A DNA stretch of 64,000 bases from an uncultured Candidatus Rokubacteria bacterium. GTDB lineage: Bacteria > Methylomirabilota > Methylomirabilia > Rokubacteriales > CSP1-6. A program made the translations under genes and the position numbers. The notes beneath the pieces were generated by a model. The model saw nothing but the letters and a program-made list of their open reading frames with translations, did not search any database and was not told the DNA's origin. This document shows positions 1 to 9,434 of the stretch, in pieces. The first letter of the stretch is position 1; each line of letters opens with the position of its first letter. The stretch is from NCBI GenBank assembly GCA_963771355.1, contig CAVYTA010000006.1, positions 224,001 to 288,000 of the forward strand. Reading direction: 5' to 3'.

Positions 1-268
1 CGTCATGAACACGGCGACGGTGCTGGCCAGCCTCACCGTGGGCGTGGTCATCATCGCCGAAGCGTCGCTGAGCTTTCTGGGGGTGGGCGTGCCGCCGCCT
101 CAGCCCGCCTGGGGCCTCATGCTCTCGGAGGCGCGTGCGACCTTGATGGCGGGCCAGTGGTGGCTCACGGTGTTCCCTGGGCTGTGCATCTTGCTGATCG
201 TCCTCGCGACCCAGCTCTTCGGTGACTGGCTGCGAGTCCGCCTCGATCCCCAGCTCAAGAATCTCTAG
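1..268 (+). CDS. Peptide/nickel ABC transporter permease, DppC/OppC-like (3' part; start lies outside the window)
   Basis: EASLSFLGVGVPPPQPAWGLML and GDWLRVRLDP are typical DppC C-terminal motifs. Confidence 0.9.
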   Translation, partial: VMNTATVLASLTVGVVIIAEASLSFLGVGVPPPQPAWGLMLSEARATLMAGQWWLTVFPGLCILLIVLATQLFGDWLRVRLDPQLKNL

Positions 269-284
269 GGATGCGCGCGCGTTC

Positions 285-1292
285 ATGACGCCCGTTCTCG
301 AAGTCTCCGACCTCCAGACCCACTTCTCCACCTTCGGCGGGACACGCGTGGTCAAGGCGGTGGACCGGGTGAGCTTTTCGCTCCACGAGGGCGAGACGCT
401 GGGGCTGGTCGGCGAGTCGGGAAGCGGCAAGACGACGACGTGCCTTTCGATCGTCGGGCTCTTGCCGCGGGCCGCCCGCATCGTCGGAGGCCGTGTCCTC
501 TTCGAAGGGGAAGACCTGACCGCCATGAGCCAGCGCGAGTTGCGCCGGATCCGCGGCCGGCGGATCGCCGTCATCCTCCAGGACCCCATGGCGTCCCTGA
601 ACCCGCTCTTCACCATCTTCCGGCAGGTGGCGGAGCCCGCGTTCTTCCACCAGCGGCTCCGGGGCCGACCGCTGCGGGAACGCGTGCAGCACCTCCTCCG
701 GGCCGTCCGCATCCCCTCGCCCGAGTGGCGGATGCGCGAGTATCCGCACCAGATGAGCGGTGGCATGCGCCAGCGCATCGTCGGCGCGATCGCGCTGGCC
801 GGAGGGCCGAGCCTCGTCATCGCCGACGAGCCCACGACGAACCTCGACGTCACCATCCAGGCGCAGTACCTCGACCTCCTCAAGGACATCCAACGCGAGA
901 CGGGGGTGGCCCTGATCTTCGTGACGCACAACTTGGGCATCGTCGCGAGGATGTGTGACAAGGTCGCCGTGATGTATGCCGGCAAGCTCGTCGAGCAGGC
1001 GCCAGTGCGAGCGCTATTCGATGCTCCCAAGCATCCGTACACGCGGGCCCTGCTCGGCTCGATGCCGAAGCTGGGCAGCAAGGAGCCCCTGTATTCGATC
1101 TCGGGCCAGCCACCCAACCTGGCTACCCTGCCCACGGGATGCGCCTTCCACCCGCGCTGCCCCGTGACGGTTTCCCGCTGCACGACGGAGGAGCCGGGGG
1201 ACTTCTACCTCGGTGACGGCAGCGTCGCCCGGTGCTGGCTCCTGGACCGCGACCGGGAAGCGCAAGCGGATCGTGACCGAACCCGTTCTTGA
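285..1292 (+). CDS. Oligopeptide ABC transporter ATP-binding protein, DppD/OppD-like
   Basis: Walker A GESGSGKT, signature MSGGMRQR, IADEPTT, C-terminal CAFHPRC. Confidence 0.93.
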   Translation: MTPVLEVSDLQTHFSTFGGTRVVKAVDRVSFSLHEGETLGLVGESGSGKTTTCLSIVGLLPRAARIVGGRVLFEGEDLTAMSQRELRRIRGRRIAVILQDPMASLNPLFTIFRQVAEPAFFHQRLRGRPLRERVQHLLRAVRIPSPEWRMREYPHQMSGGMRQRIVGAIALAGGPSLVIADEPTTNLDVTIQAQYLDLLKDIQRETGVALIFVTHNLGIVARMCDKVAVMYAGKLVEQAPVRALFDAPKHPYTRALLGSMPKLGSKEPLYSISGQPPNLATLPTGCAFHPRCPVTVSRCTTEEPGDFYLGDGSVARCWLLDRDREAQADRDRTRS

Positions 1293-2235
1293 AGTCCGGG
1301 GGCTGACGAAGCACTTCCCCGCGCGGCAAGGCCTGCTGGGACGCAAGCGAACGTGGGTCCGAGCCGTGGACGGCGTGGACTTCACCATTCATCCCGCCGA
1401 GACGCTGGGCCTCATCGGCGAATCCGGATGCGGGAAGACCACCACCTCGAAGCTGATCCTGCTACAGGAGACACCCACCGCCGGGACGATCGCCTTCGAG
1501 GGCCGAGACATCGCCGGCCTCGGGGGCAAAGACCTCATGGCGTATCGCCGGGCCGTGCAGGTGGTGTTCCAGGATCCGTTCAGCTCGCTCAGCCCGCGCA
1601 TGCGTGTCGAGGACATCATCGCCGAGCCGCTGGAGATCCACACCGGTCTCTCACGTGGGGCGATTGCCGAGCGCGTCGCAGTGGTGCTGGAGCTGGTCGG
1701 TCTCCCGCCCGACGTGGCCCCGCTGTTCCCGCACGAGTTCAGCGGCGGGCAGCGTCAACGGATCGCCATCGCCCGGGCGCTCGCGACCGACACCCGTCTC
1801 ATCGTGCTGGACGAGCCCGTCTCCGCGCTCGATGTGTCGGTCAGAGCCCAGATCATCAACCAGCTCGAGCACCTGCAGCGGACCCTCGGCGTGAGCTATC
1901 TCTTCATCGGCCACGACCTGGCCACCGTCGCGCACATCAGCCACCGGATCGCGGTGATGTACCTGGGCAAGATCGTCGAGACGGCGGACAGTGACGCGCT
2001 CTGCGCCCGTCCGATGCACCCGTACACCCAAGCCCTCTTCGCCGCCGCGCTGCCATCCCATCCCGACGACCCGCCGCACGAGCGGCCCATTGCCGGGGAG
2101 GTCCCGAGCGCCCTCAGCCTCCCATCCGGGTGTCGCTTCCACCCGCGATGCCCGTCGGCGATGCCGATCTGCTCGGAGGTGGAGCCGGCGCTGAAAGCTC
2201 GCGGCGGCGGCGAGGTGGCCTGCCACCTGTATTGA
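1273..2235 (+). CDS. Oligopeptide ABC transporter ATP-binding protein, DppF/OppF-like
   Basis: GESGCGKT, FSGGQRQR, LDEPVSALD, CRFHPRC...VACHLY; GTG start overlaps the upstream gene. Confidence 0.93.
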   Translation: MTEPVLEVRGLTKHFPARQGLLGRKRTWVRAVDGVDFTIHPAETLGLIGESGCGKTTTSKLILLQETPTAGTIAFEGRDIAGLGGKDLMAYRRAVQVVFQDPFSSLSPRMRVEDIIAEPLEIHTGLSRGAIAERVAVVLELVGLPPDVAPLFPHEFSGGQRQRIAIARALATDTRLIVLDEPVSALDVSVRAQIINQLEHLQRTLGVSYLFIGHDLATVAHISHRIAVMYLGKIVETADSDALCARPMHPYTQALFAAALPSHPDDPPHERPIAGEVPSALSLPSGCRFHPRCPSAMPICSEVEPALKARGGGEVACHLY

Positions 2236-2248
2236 GAGACCGTAGGAG

Positions 2249-3286
2249 CTAGCGCTTGATCCCGAGGAGCGTGGCCGCGGTCTCGCCCAGCATCGCCACC
2301 CGCTCGGGGTCGGACAGGCCCGGCGTGCCGAGGATATGGTCCACCGAGGTGCTGGTCCACGGGTAGGGATAGTCCGTCCCCATCACGATGCGGTCCGGGC
2401 CCACCTCCGCCGCCAGGTGCCGGAGCGCCTCCGGCGTGAAGACAATGGAGTCGTAGTAGAGCTGGCGCAAATACTCGGTGGGCTTCTTCTCGAGCTTTCC
2501 CGGGCAGCGGTCGGGGAAGGTGGTGAGGATGGCGTCCGACCGCGCCCCATAGGAGGGCAGATACCCCCCGCCGTGGGCGGCGCAGATCTTGAGCCCGGGG
2601 AAGCGGTCGAGGGTGCCGTCGAAGATCAGATGCGAGAGCGCGATGGTGGTCTCGAGGGGGTTGCCGATGGTATTGGTGAGCAGGCCATTGCCCTTGAGCC
2701 GGCTCGTGCGCTCCAGCTCCGCCGTGCCCTGCGGATGGATGAAGACGAGCGCGCCGAGCGACTCCGCCTTGGCCCAGAAGGGATGGAAGCGCGGGTCGGA
2801 CAGATCTGCCCCCTCCACGCTGCCGCCGATGGCGGCGCCGCGCAGACCGTATCGCCGCATGCCGTCCTCGAGCTGCTGGGCGGCCAGATCGGGATGCTGC
2901 AGCGCCACCGACGCGAAGGCCACGAAGCGCTCCGGGTGGGCCGCGCAAGCCTCGGCGAGCGCCTCGTTCTGGAGGCGGATCAGCTCGCGGGCCAGATCGT
3001 GCTCGGCTCCGTACCAGTAGGGATTGATGCTCAGCGCCTCCACGTCGATGCCCTGCTCGTCCATGGCGCGCATCCTGGCCGCCGGGCTGGACATGAGCAG
3101 CGCTTCCGTCGGGAGCTTGAGGCCCATGAGCGCCATCGCGGCGGGCACGCCGCAATGCGCGTGCACGTCGATGGTCTTCACGCGCCGGCCGCCGACGGTG
3201 ACCGCCCGTCGCACCGCCTGGGCCTGCACCGCGCCCACCGTGCTGCATCCCACGAAGGCGACCCCTCCTGGCCCGCTATCGCTCAT
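2249..3286 (-). CDS. Amidohydrolase_2 family protein (ACMSD-like decarboxylase/hydratase)
   Basis: IDVHAH, FIHP, AHGGG, GTDYPY; ATGA overlap with the upstream alr-like gene. Confidence 0.88.
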   Translation of the reverse strand: MSDSGPGGVAFVGCSTVGAVQAQAVRRAVTVGGRRVKTIDVHAHCGVPAAMALMGLKLPTEALLMSSPAARMRAMDEQGIDVEALSINPYWYGAEHDLARELIRLQNEALAEACAAHPERFVAFASVALQHPDLAAQQLEDGMRRYGLRGAAIGGSVEGADLSDPRFHPFWAKAESLGALVFIHPQGTAELERTSRLKGNGLLTNTIGNPLETTIALSHLIFDGTLDRFPGLKICAAHGGGYLPSYGARSDAILTTFPDRCPGKLEKKPTEYLRQLYYDSIVFTPEALRHLAAEVGPDRIVMGTDYPYPWTSTSVDHILGTPGLSDPERVAMLGETAATLLGIKR

Positions 3287-4395
3287 CCGCTTCTCCGGTA
3301 GATGCGGGCCACGCGGGGCCCGATGGTGGTGGCGACCTGGTGGACGCCGATATTGTGCCGGCGGGCGACCTCGGCGAGCGTGATCTCGGCCTCGCCCTGG
3401 CGGCCGATGATCACGACCTCGTCGCCGACCTGCGCGTCCGGGATGGCGGTGAGGTCGATCCGCGTGTGCTCCAGTGACGGCGTGGCCACGATGGGGGCCG
3501 GGCGTCCGCGCACGAGCACGCGGTCGGCGTGCAGCCACAGGAGGCCGTCGGCCAGTCCCATGGGGATGACGCCGAGCCGCATGGGGGCAGTCACGGGAAA
3601 CGGCGCCACCTCGGCGAAGCGCTCACGCGGCGTGATGTCCTTGAGGGCGATGACGCGCGTGGACAGCGCGCGGAACGTCGAGCGGAGCGGCGTGGGTGCG
3701 ACCTCGTCCCGGAAGGTCAGGCCATAGAGCATGCGCCCGGGATCCACGGCATTGAGGTAGGTCTGCGGGAAGCGCAGCACGAAGGGGGAGGCGGCGAGCA
3801 GGCGGATGGGCACGCGCACCCCGCGCGCCTCGAGCTCGTCCACCACCGCGGTGAAACGGCCCAGCTGCCAGTCGGCGTACGCGGGATCGCCGCCCACGGG
3901 GGCATGGGGATGGGCGCAGAGCCCGGCCAGGCGCAGGCGCGGCAGCTCCAGCATGGCGGTGACCAGCTTCACCGCTTCCTCGGGCGCCACGCCGAGGCGC
4001 TCGAGCCCGACGTCGATCTTCACGAACACGTCGCAGGGGTCCCGTGCCGCCTCCGCGTAGGCCCGGGCCCCTTCCAGATCCACCACCGTCGGCGTGAGCC
4101 CGTGGGCGAGGGCCTCGGGCGCGGCCTCGGGCAAGGAGTTGGGATACACGAGGACGGGCGCGGTGATGCCGCGCCGGCGGAGGCGAATCCCCTCGGCGAG
4201 GTCCGCCACGCCCAGCGCGTCGGCGCCGCCGGCCAGGAAGGTCTCGGCCATCTCGGCGGCCCCGTGGCCGTAGCCGTCGGCCTTGATCACCGCGTAGATC
4301 TTTCGCTGGGGCCCGACCATCTGGCGCACCACGCGGACGTTCGAGGCGGCGGCGGCGAGATCGATCTCGAAGGTGGTCGGACGGGGTGGGAGCAT
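3283..4395 (-). CDS. Alanine racemase-family PLP enzyme (divergent active site)
   Basis: AVIKADGYGHG PLP-Lys motif, KIDVGLERLG, GDEVVIIG; the canonical SYG, GYADG and CMD motifs are altered. Confidence 0.85.
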   Translation of the reverse strand: MLPPRPTTFEIDLAAAASNVRVVRQMVGPQRKIYAVIKADGYGHGAAEMAETFLAGGADALGVADLAEGIRLRRRGITAPVLVYPNSLPEAAPEALAHGLTPTVVDLEGARAYAEAARDPCDVFVKIDVGLERLGVAPEEAVKLVTAMLELPRLRLAGLCAHPHAPVGGDPAYADWQLGRFTAVVDELEARGVRVPIRLLAASPFVLRFPQTYLNAVDPGRMLYGLTFRDEVAPTPLRSTFRALSTRVIALKDITPRERFAEVAPFPVTAPMRLGVIPMGLADGLLWLHADRVLVRGRPAPIVATPSLEHTRIDLTAIPDAQVGDEVVIIGRQGEAEITLAEVARRHNIGVHQVATTIGPRVARIYRRSG

Positions 4396-4472
4396 GGAAG
4401 GACTATGAACCCGGGCCGCGCGTTTCTCAAGGCGGCTTTCTCCCGTGGTTTCGTCGTGCTAACGTCCCCGAC

Positions 4473-5216
4473 ATGACGACATCCCTCACGCCCGCCGCGA
4501 AGTCCGAGCTGACGCCGACCGGGAAGCTCCGGGTCGGTCTGAACCATGGCAACTTCCTCCTCGTCACCCCGGGCTCGTCCGCGACGGATCCGAAGGGCGT
4601 GGCGCCCGACGTGGCGCGCGAGCTGGCCAAGCGCCTCGGCGTGCCGGTGGAGTTCAGCAAGTTCGACACCGCGGGCAAGCTGGGCGACGCGGTGCGCGAG
4701 GGGGTGTGGGACGTGGCCTTCCTCGGCGCCGAGCCGCAGCGCGCCGCGGAGATCGCCTTCACCGCCGCGTACCTCGAGATCCCCGCGACCTACCTCGTAC
4801 CCGCAGGATCAACCATTCAAACGGTCGCCGAGGTGGACCGCGAGGGCGTCCGGATCGCGGTGGCCGACAAGAGCGCCTACGAGCTCTGGCTCTCCCGCAA
4901 CATCAAGCACGCCACGCTCATGAAGACGCAGGGCATCGACGCCTCCTTCGACCTCTTCGTGAAGGACAAGCTCGAGGCGCTGTCGGGCCTCCGGCCGCGG
5001 CTCATCTCCGACGTGAAGAAGCTGCCCGGCGCGCGCATCCTCGACGGGGTCTTCACGGCGGTGCAGCAGGCCATCGGCACCGCCAAGAAGAACACCGCCG
5101 CCGCGGTGTACCTCGCCGGCTTCGTGGAGGACGTGAAGGCCTCGGGCTTCGTGGGGGAGGCGATCACGCGCAACAAGTCCGAGGGCGTGAACGCGGCGCC
5201 CCCGGCCTCCCGCTAG
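4473..5216 (+). CDS. Type 2 periplasmic-binding-fold (SBP family 3-like) protein
   Basis: GKLRVGLN, WDVAFLG, VDREGVRIAV pattern; no clear signal peptide. Confidence 0.8.
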   Translation: MTTSLTPAAKSELTPTGKLRVGLNHGNFLLVTPGSSATDPKGVAPDVARELAKRLGVPVEFSKFDTAGKLGDAVREGVWDVAFLGAEPQRAAEIAFTAAYLEIPATYLVPAGSTIQTVAEVDREGVRIAVADKSAYELWLSRNIKHATLMKTQGIDASFDLFVKDKLEALSGLRPRLISDVKKLPGARILDGVFTAVQQAIGTAKKNTAAAVYLAGFVEDVKASGFVGEAITRNKSEGVNAAPPASR

Positions 5217-5233
5217 CCCGGCGCGCCCGCCGC

Positions 5234-5761
5234 ATGCACGACACCGGCCCCGGGCGTCCCGACGCTGACGAGTGCCTGCCGTACTACTTCCAGTACATCG
5301 ACCTCGTCCCCGACGGGCACGTGCTGGAAACCCTCGAGCGTCAGATCGGCGAGAGCGCGGCGTACCTCGCCGGCTTCACGGCGGAGCAGGCGCTCCGGCG
5401 CGAGGCCCCGAAGGAGTGGAACGCCGTCGAGATCGTCGGGCACCTGGTGGACGTCGAGCGCGCCTTCGGCTACCGCGCGCTCCGCATCGCGCGCGCGGAT
5501 CCCGTCATGTGGACCCCGGTCGAGTTCGGCGACTGGGCGGCGATGGCCAACTACGAGGCGCGCCCGCTCGGCGACGTCGTGACCGAATACGCGGCGGTGC
5601 GGGCGGCGTTCGTCGCGTTCCTGCGCGGGCTGGACGCGGCCGCCTGGGCGCGCCGCGCCCCGGCGGAGTGGACGCTCCGCAGCGTGCGCGCCGTCGCCTA
5701 CGCCATGGCCGGCCACGAGCGGCATCACCTGGCGGACATCCGCCGCCAGCACCCGCGCTAG
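5234..5761 (+). CDS. DinB/YfiT family protein
   Basis: YFQYIDLV, WNAVEIVGHLVDVERAFGYRALRIAR, GHERHH. Confidence 0.85.
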   Translation: MHDTGPGRPDADECLPYYFQYIDLVPDGHVLETLERQIGESAAYLAGFTAEQALRREAPKEWNAVEIVGHLVDVERAFGYRALRIARADPVMWTPVEFGDWAAMANYEARPLGDVVTEYAAVRAAFVAFLRGLDAAAWARRAPAEWTLRSVRAVAYAMAGHERHHLADIRRQHPR

Positions 5762-5780
5762 CTGCCGTCCCTCGGTGCGC

Positions 5781-6983
5781 TCAGGCGCGCCGGTAGCGCT
5801 CCGGCACGTCGAACTTGAAGAGGCGCGCCGCGTTGAGCCCCAGCACCTTCGCCCTCGCGCCGTCCGAGAGGCCGCTCATGGTCCGCTCGATGGCCTCGGC
5901 GGAATGCGGCCACGTGCCCTCGTGATGCGGGTAGTCGTTTCCCCACATGAATGTGTCGGTCAGGTTGAAGCGCTCCGCGAGCTCGAGCCCGGCCGGGTCC
6001 TCCTGGAACGAGGCAAAGCCGTGCCGGCGGAAGTATTCGCTGGGCAGGTGCTTGAGCTTCGGTCGGACCCAGAAGTGATGCTTGCGATACGCCTCGTCCA
6101 TCGCCTCCAGCACCCACGGGAGCCAGCCGATCCCGGCCTCGATGGTGGCGAAGCGAAGCCCGGGGAAGCGCTCGAAGACCCCGGAGGCGCAGAGGTTGGC
6201 CACCGGCTCCACCGTCGGCGAGAGCGAGTGCGACACGTAGTTGATGACGGCGCCGCCGTTGCCTCGCGACGCGCGCGGGTCGCGGCCCGTCGAGATGTGG
6301 AACGTGATGGGTAGTCCCGTGTCCTGGATGGCGGCCCACAGGGGATCGAAGTGCGGCAGGTTGTAGTTCGGATGGTCGATGTCGTGCGCGCCCCAGACGG
6401 GCTTGCAGGGCAGGGTCAGTGCGCGGAAGCCCACCTTGGCCACGCGCTGCACCTCGGCGATGGAGCCCTCGAGGTCCGCGGTGGCGATGGCGGCGACGGG
6501 CGACAGCCGGTCGTTGTGCGGCCCGAAGACCTCCCACGCCCACTCGTTGAAGACGCGGCACTGCGCCTGGGCGAAGACCGCGTCCGGCGTGGCCCACATC
6601 GAGAGGCCCTTGTTCGGGAAGATCACCTCGGCGTCGATCCCGTCGCGCTCGTGATCGCGGAGCCGGTCCCATGGATCGGCGCCCGCCTGCTGACGGAGCC
6701 GGTCCTCGCCCTCCATCTCGTCCACGCGCAGCCGGTCCGGCCGGTGTCCCTCCGACACGCGCCACTTGACGCCGTTGGCGTCGGTGGTCACGCGCGGCAG
6801 GCGGTCGCGGTACTTCGCGTCGATGCGCTCCGCCCACAGGTTCGAGGGCTCGTTGGCATGGCAGTCGGCGGAGACGATGAAGTACTTGTTGGGATCGTCC
6901 GGTCGTGCGGTCCGGCTCCACCCGGCATGGCCCGGGGTTTCCAGGCGCCACCGGTTCGGGGCATTGATCTCGAGCTGGCTCAT
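5781..6983 (-). CDS. Amidohydrolase_2 family protein
   Basis: SADCHANEP, TFHI, EAGIGW, WGNDYPHHEGTWP. Confidence 0.88.
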   Translation of the reverse strand: MSQLEINAPNRWRLETPGHAGWSRTARPDDPNKYFIVSADCHANEPSNLWAERIDAKYRDRLPRVTTDANGVKWRVSEGHRPDRLRVDEMEGEDRLRQQAGADPWDRLRDHERDGIDAEVIFPNKGLSMWATPDAVFAQAQCRVFNEWAWEVFGPHNDRLSPVAAIATADLEGSIAEVQRVAKVGFRALTLPCKPVWGAHDIDHPNYNLPHFDPLWAAIQDTGLPITFHISTGRDPRASRGNGGAVINYVSHSLSPTVEPVANLCASGVFERFPGLRFATIEAGIGWLPWVLEAMDEAYRKHHFWVRPKLKHLPSEYFRRHGFASFQEDPAGLELAERFNLTDTFMWGNDYPHHEGTWPHSAEAIERTMSGLSDGARAKVLGLNAARLFKFDVPERYRRA

Positions 6984-7465
6984 CGGTCACTCCTTTGTGA
7001 GGAAACCGTCCAATGCACGAGGGTGAACGGAACCTTGGCGTCGTCGTGCGGCTCGAAGACGGCCTCGACCGGCGCGCCGATGGTCACCGCCTGGCGGGGA
7101 TCGCCGAGGAGATTGCCGAGCATGCGGATGCTGCCCGCGTGGGGCAGCTCCACCAGCACGACCAGGTAAGGGCCGTGCGCCTTGAGGGCGGGATGGACGG
7201 GATGCCAGACGCGCTCCCAGGAATAGATCGTCCCGTGCGAGGCGACCGGGGCCCAGCCGACGGCGGATGAGAGGCACGCGTGACAGATCCACTCCGGTCC
7301 CCACTGCCAGGTCTGGCACCGCTCGCAGCGCTGGACGAGGAGCTCGCCCCGCCGCGTTCCCTCCCAGTAGGGGCGGTCGAGCCCGTCCGGCTCCGGCACC
7401 GGCGCGGGCAGGCCCGCGGGCAGATAGGAGGCGGCCACCGCCATCAGTCGCTCGCCGCTCGCCAT
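6980..7465 (-). CDS. DUF35 zinc-ribbon/OB-fold protein
   Basis: PYWEG...QRCERC...ICHAC, GTIYSW, IGAPVEAVF; coupled to the thiolase-fold gene. Confidence 0.9.
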   Translation of the reverse strand: MASGERLMAVAASYLPAGLPAPVPEPDGLDRPYWEGTRRGELLVQRCERCQTWQWGPEWICHACLSSAVGWAPVASHGTIYSWERVWHPVHPALKAHGPYLVVLVELPHAGSIRMLGNLLGDPRQAVTIGAPVEAVFEPHDDAKVPFTLVHWTVSSQRSDR

Positions 7466-8646
7466 CAGAGCGTGGCCTCGCCACCCAGGATCAGGCTCGA
7501 GACCGGGGTGACCATGGGGCCCGAGATCACCATGGAGACCTCCGCGTCCGGTACCGGACTGGTCGAGTCCCCGCGGAGCTGGCGCACCGCCTCGATGACC
7601 AGCTCGAGGCCATGCATGTAGCACTCGGCGAGATTGCCGCCGCTGGTGTTGAGCGGCAGTCGCCCCGTGGGCGCGAGGAGATTGTCCACCACCAGGAAGT
7701 CATTGGCCTCGTCCGGGGTGAAGAAGCCGTGCTCCACCAGGCTCATGAGGACGCCGCCGGTGAAGTTCTCGTAGCTCTGCACCACATCCACGTCGCCGGC
7801 GGAGACCCCGGCCATCTCGTAGAGCTGCGGCGCCACCGTGGTGAAGCTCGACGTCGCGTAGAGCGGCGCGTTGTGGCCGCGCGCGGCATTGCGGTACTCC
7901 GAGCCCTGGGCGGCCCCGAGGAGATAGGCCGGCTTCGGCCGGAGGTCGCGCGCGCGCTCGGCGGAGACGACGACCACGGCGGCGGCGCCGTCGTTCTCCA
8001 TGCAGCAGTCGTAGAGCCGGAAGGGCTCCACGATCCAGCGCGCGGCATCGTACGCGTCCGCGGTGAGCGGGCGCCCGTGCATGACCGCGCGGGGATTGGC
8101 CTGGGCGTGATGGTAGGAGGCGAGCGCGATGGCGCGCTGGGCATCATGGCGGATGTCGTGGTCGTGCATGAAGCGCATCACCCGCATGGCGAAGCGCTGG
8201 GCGGGCGAGATGAGGCCATACGGGAAGGTGAGCGCCGGTTCGCCCGAGACGGTGGCAACGGGCGGCGCCGCGCCGAAGCGCTGGAACTGTCCCTGGGCGA
8301 GCGCGCGGAAGACGACGACGCAGTCGGCGATGCCGCCCGCCACCGCGGCCGCCGCATTGGCCACCGCCGCGGAGCCGCCGCCCCCGCCGCCGCCCCACTG
8401 CATGTTGGAGAAGCGCAGGGCGGGCAGACCGAGCGCGGCGGCGATGCGCGAGGGGTCGTTGCGGTCATTGCTGTACGACGCGAACCCGTCCACCTGCCGC
8501 GGATCGAGGCCGGCGTCGGCGCAGGCCTTGAGGATGGCCTCGAGCGCGAGCTTGAACTCGGAGTCCGGGGCCTGGCCGTGCTTGTAGTAGGTGGTCTCGC
8601 CGACGCCGGCGATGGCGGCCCTGCCCCGGAGCGTCCGCTCCTTCAT
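7465..8646 (-). CDS. Thiolase-fold protein (lipid-transfer/Ltp2-like)
   Basis: AIAGVGET, ANPRAVM, YDCCMENDGAAA, YENFT, NTSGGNLAECYMHG. Confidence 0.88.
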   Translation of the reverse strand: MKERTLRGRAAIAGVGETTYYKHGQAPDSEFKLALEAILKACADAGLDPRQVDGFASYSNDRNDPSRIAAALGLPALRFSNMQWGGGGGGGSAAVANAAAAVAGGIADCVVVFRALAQGQFQRFGAAPPVATVSGEPALTFPYGLISPAQRFAMRVMRFMHDHDIRHDAQRAIALASYHHAQANPRAVMHGRPLTADAYDAARWIVEPFRLYDCCMENDGAAAVVVVSAERARDLRPKPAYLLGAAQGSEYRNAARGHNAPLYATSSFTTVAPQLYEMAGVSAGDVDVVQSYENFTGGVLMSLVEHGFFTPDEANDFLVVDNLLAPTGRLPLNTSGGNLAECYMHGLELVIEAVRQLRGDSTSPVPDAEVSMVISGPMVTPVSSLILGGEATL

Positions 8647-9434
8647 GCGCCGACGAACTCCCGCACCAGGCGCGCCACGCGGTCGGGCTGCTCGACCTGC
8701 GGGGCATGGCCGGCGCCGTCCACGGTTTGCAGCCGCGAGCCGGAAATGCGCCGCGTGAACTCGTCGGCATAGACCAGCGGCACCAGCCGGTCCTCCTTGC
8801 CCCAGACCACCAGCGTGGGCGCGGTCACGCGGTGGATACGCTTCTTGAGTCCCTTGTCCGGGATGGGCCAGATGAACTTGCTGGTGGCGCCCATGGCCCA
8901 CATGAGCCGCACCCGCGCGGCGGCCGCCGCATCCGGCGGCTCGGTGGGGCCGAACATCCGCTGCGCGGCCTCGCCGGTGGGGTCGCGGAGGATATAGGCC
9001 GGCATATCGGTGGGGCTCAGCATGGTCCAGTTGACGACGGGCTCGGCGTCCCGCCAGAAGCCGATGGGATCGATGAGGGCCAGCCGGCGGACGCGCCGGG
9101 GGACCGCCGCCGCCAGCTCGCAGGCGACCATGCCGCCAAAGGAGTGGCCCACCATCGCCACCTCCTCCAGCTTCAGCGCGGTGAGGAGCTCGTCGTAGCA
9201 GAGGACGAGATCCCAGAGGCCATCGAGGTGATAGATGTCGTCATGGGCGCCCGGTGAGGTGCCCGGATGCTCGGGCGCGTACACCGTGAAGCTCTTCGCC
9301 AGCTCGGTCAGGAAGGGATCCCAGTTCAGTCCCCAGGGGCCGTGACAGTAGACCAGGGCGGGGCCCTGGCCGTCCGAGAGCACGCGCATGCGCACGCGGT
9401 TCTGCCAGACGGAAATCGTTTGCTCGGTCCTCAT
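8643..9434 (-). CDS. Alpha/beta-fold hydrolase
   Basis: GHSFGG nucleophile elbow, WGKEDRLVP, AGHAPQ. Confidence 0.88.
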   Translation of the reverse strand: MRTEQTISVWQNRVRMRVLSDGQGPALVYCHGPWGLNWDPFLTELAKSFTVYAPEHPGTSPGAHDDIYHLDGLWDLVLCYDELLTALKLEEVAMVGHSFGGMVACELAAAVPRRVRRLALIDPIGFWRDAEPVVNWTMLSPTDMPAYILRDPTGEAAQRMFGPTEPPDAAAAARVRLMWAMGATSKFIWPIPDKGLKKRIHRVTAPTLVVWGKEDRLVPLVYADEFTRRISGSRLQTVDGAGHAPQVEQPDRVARLVREFVGA

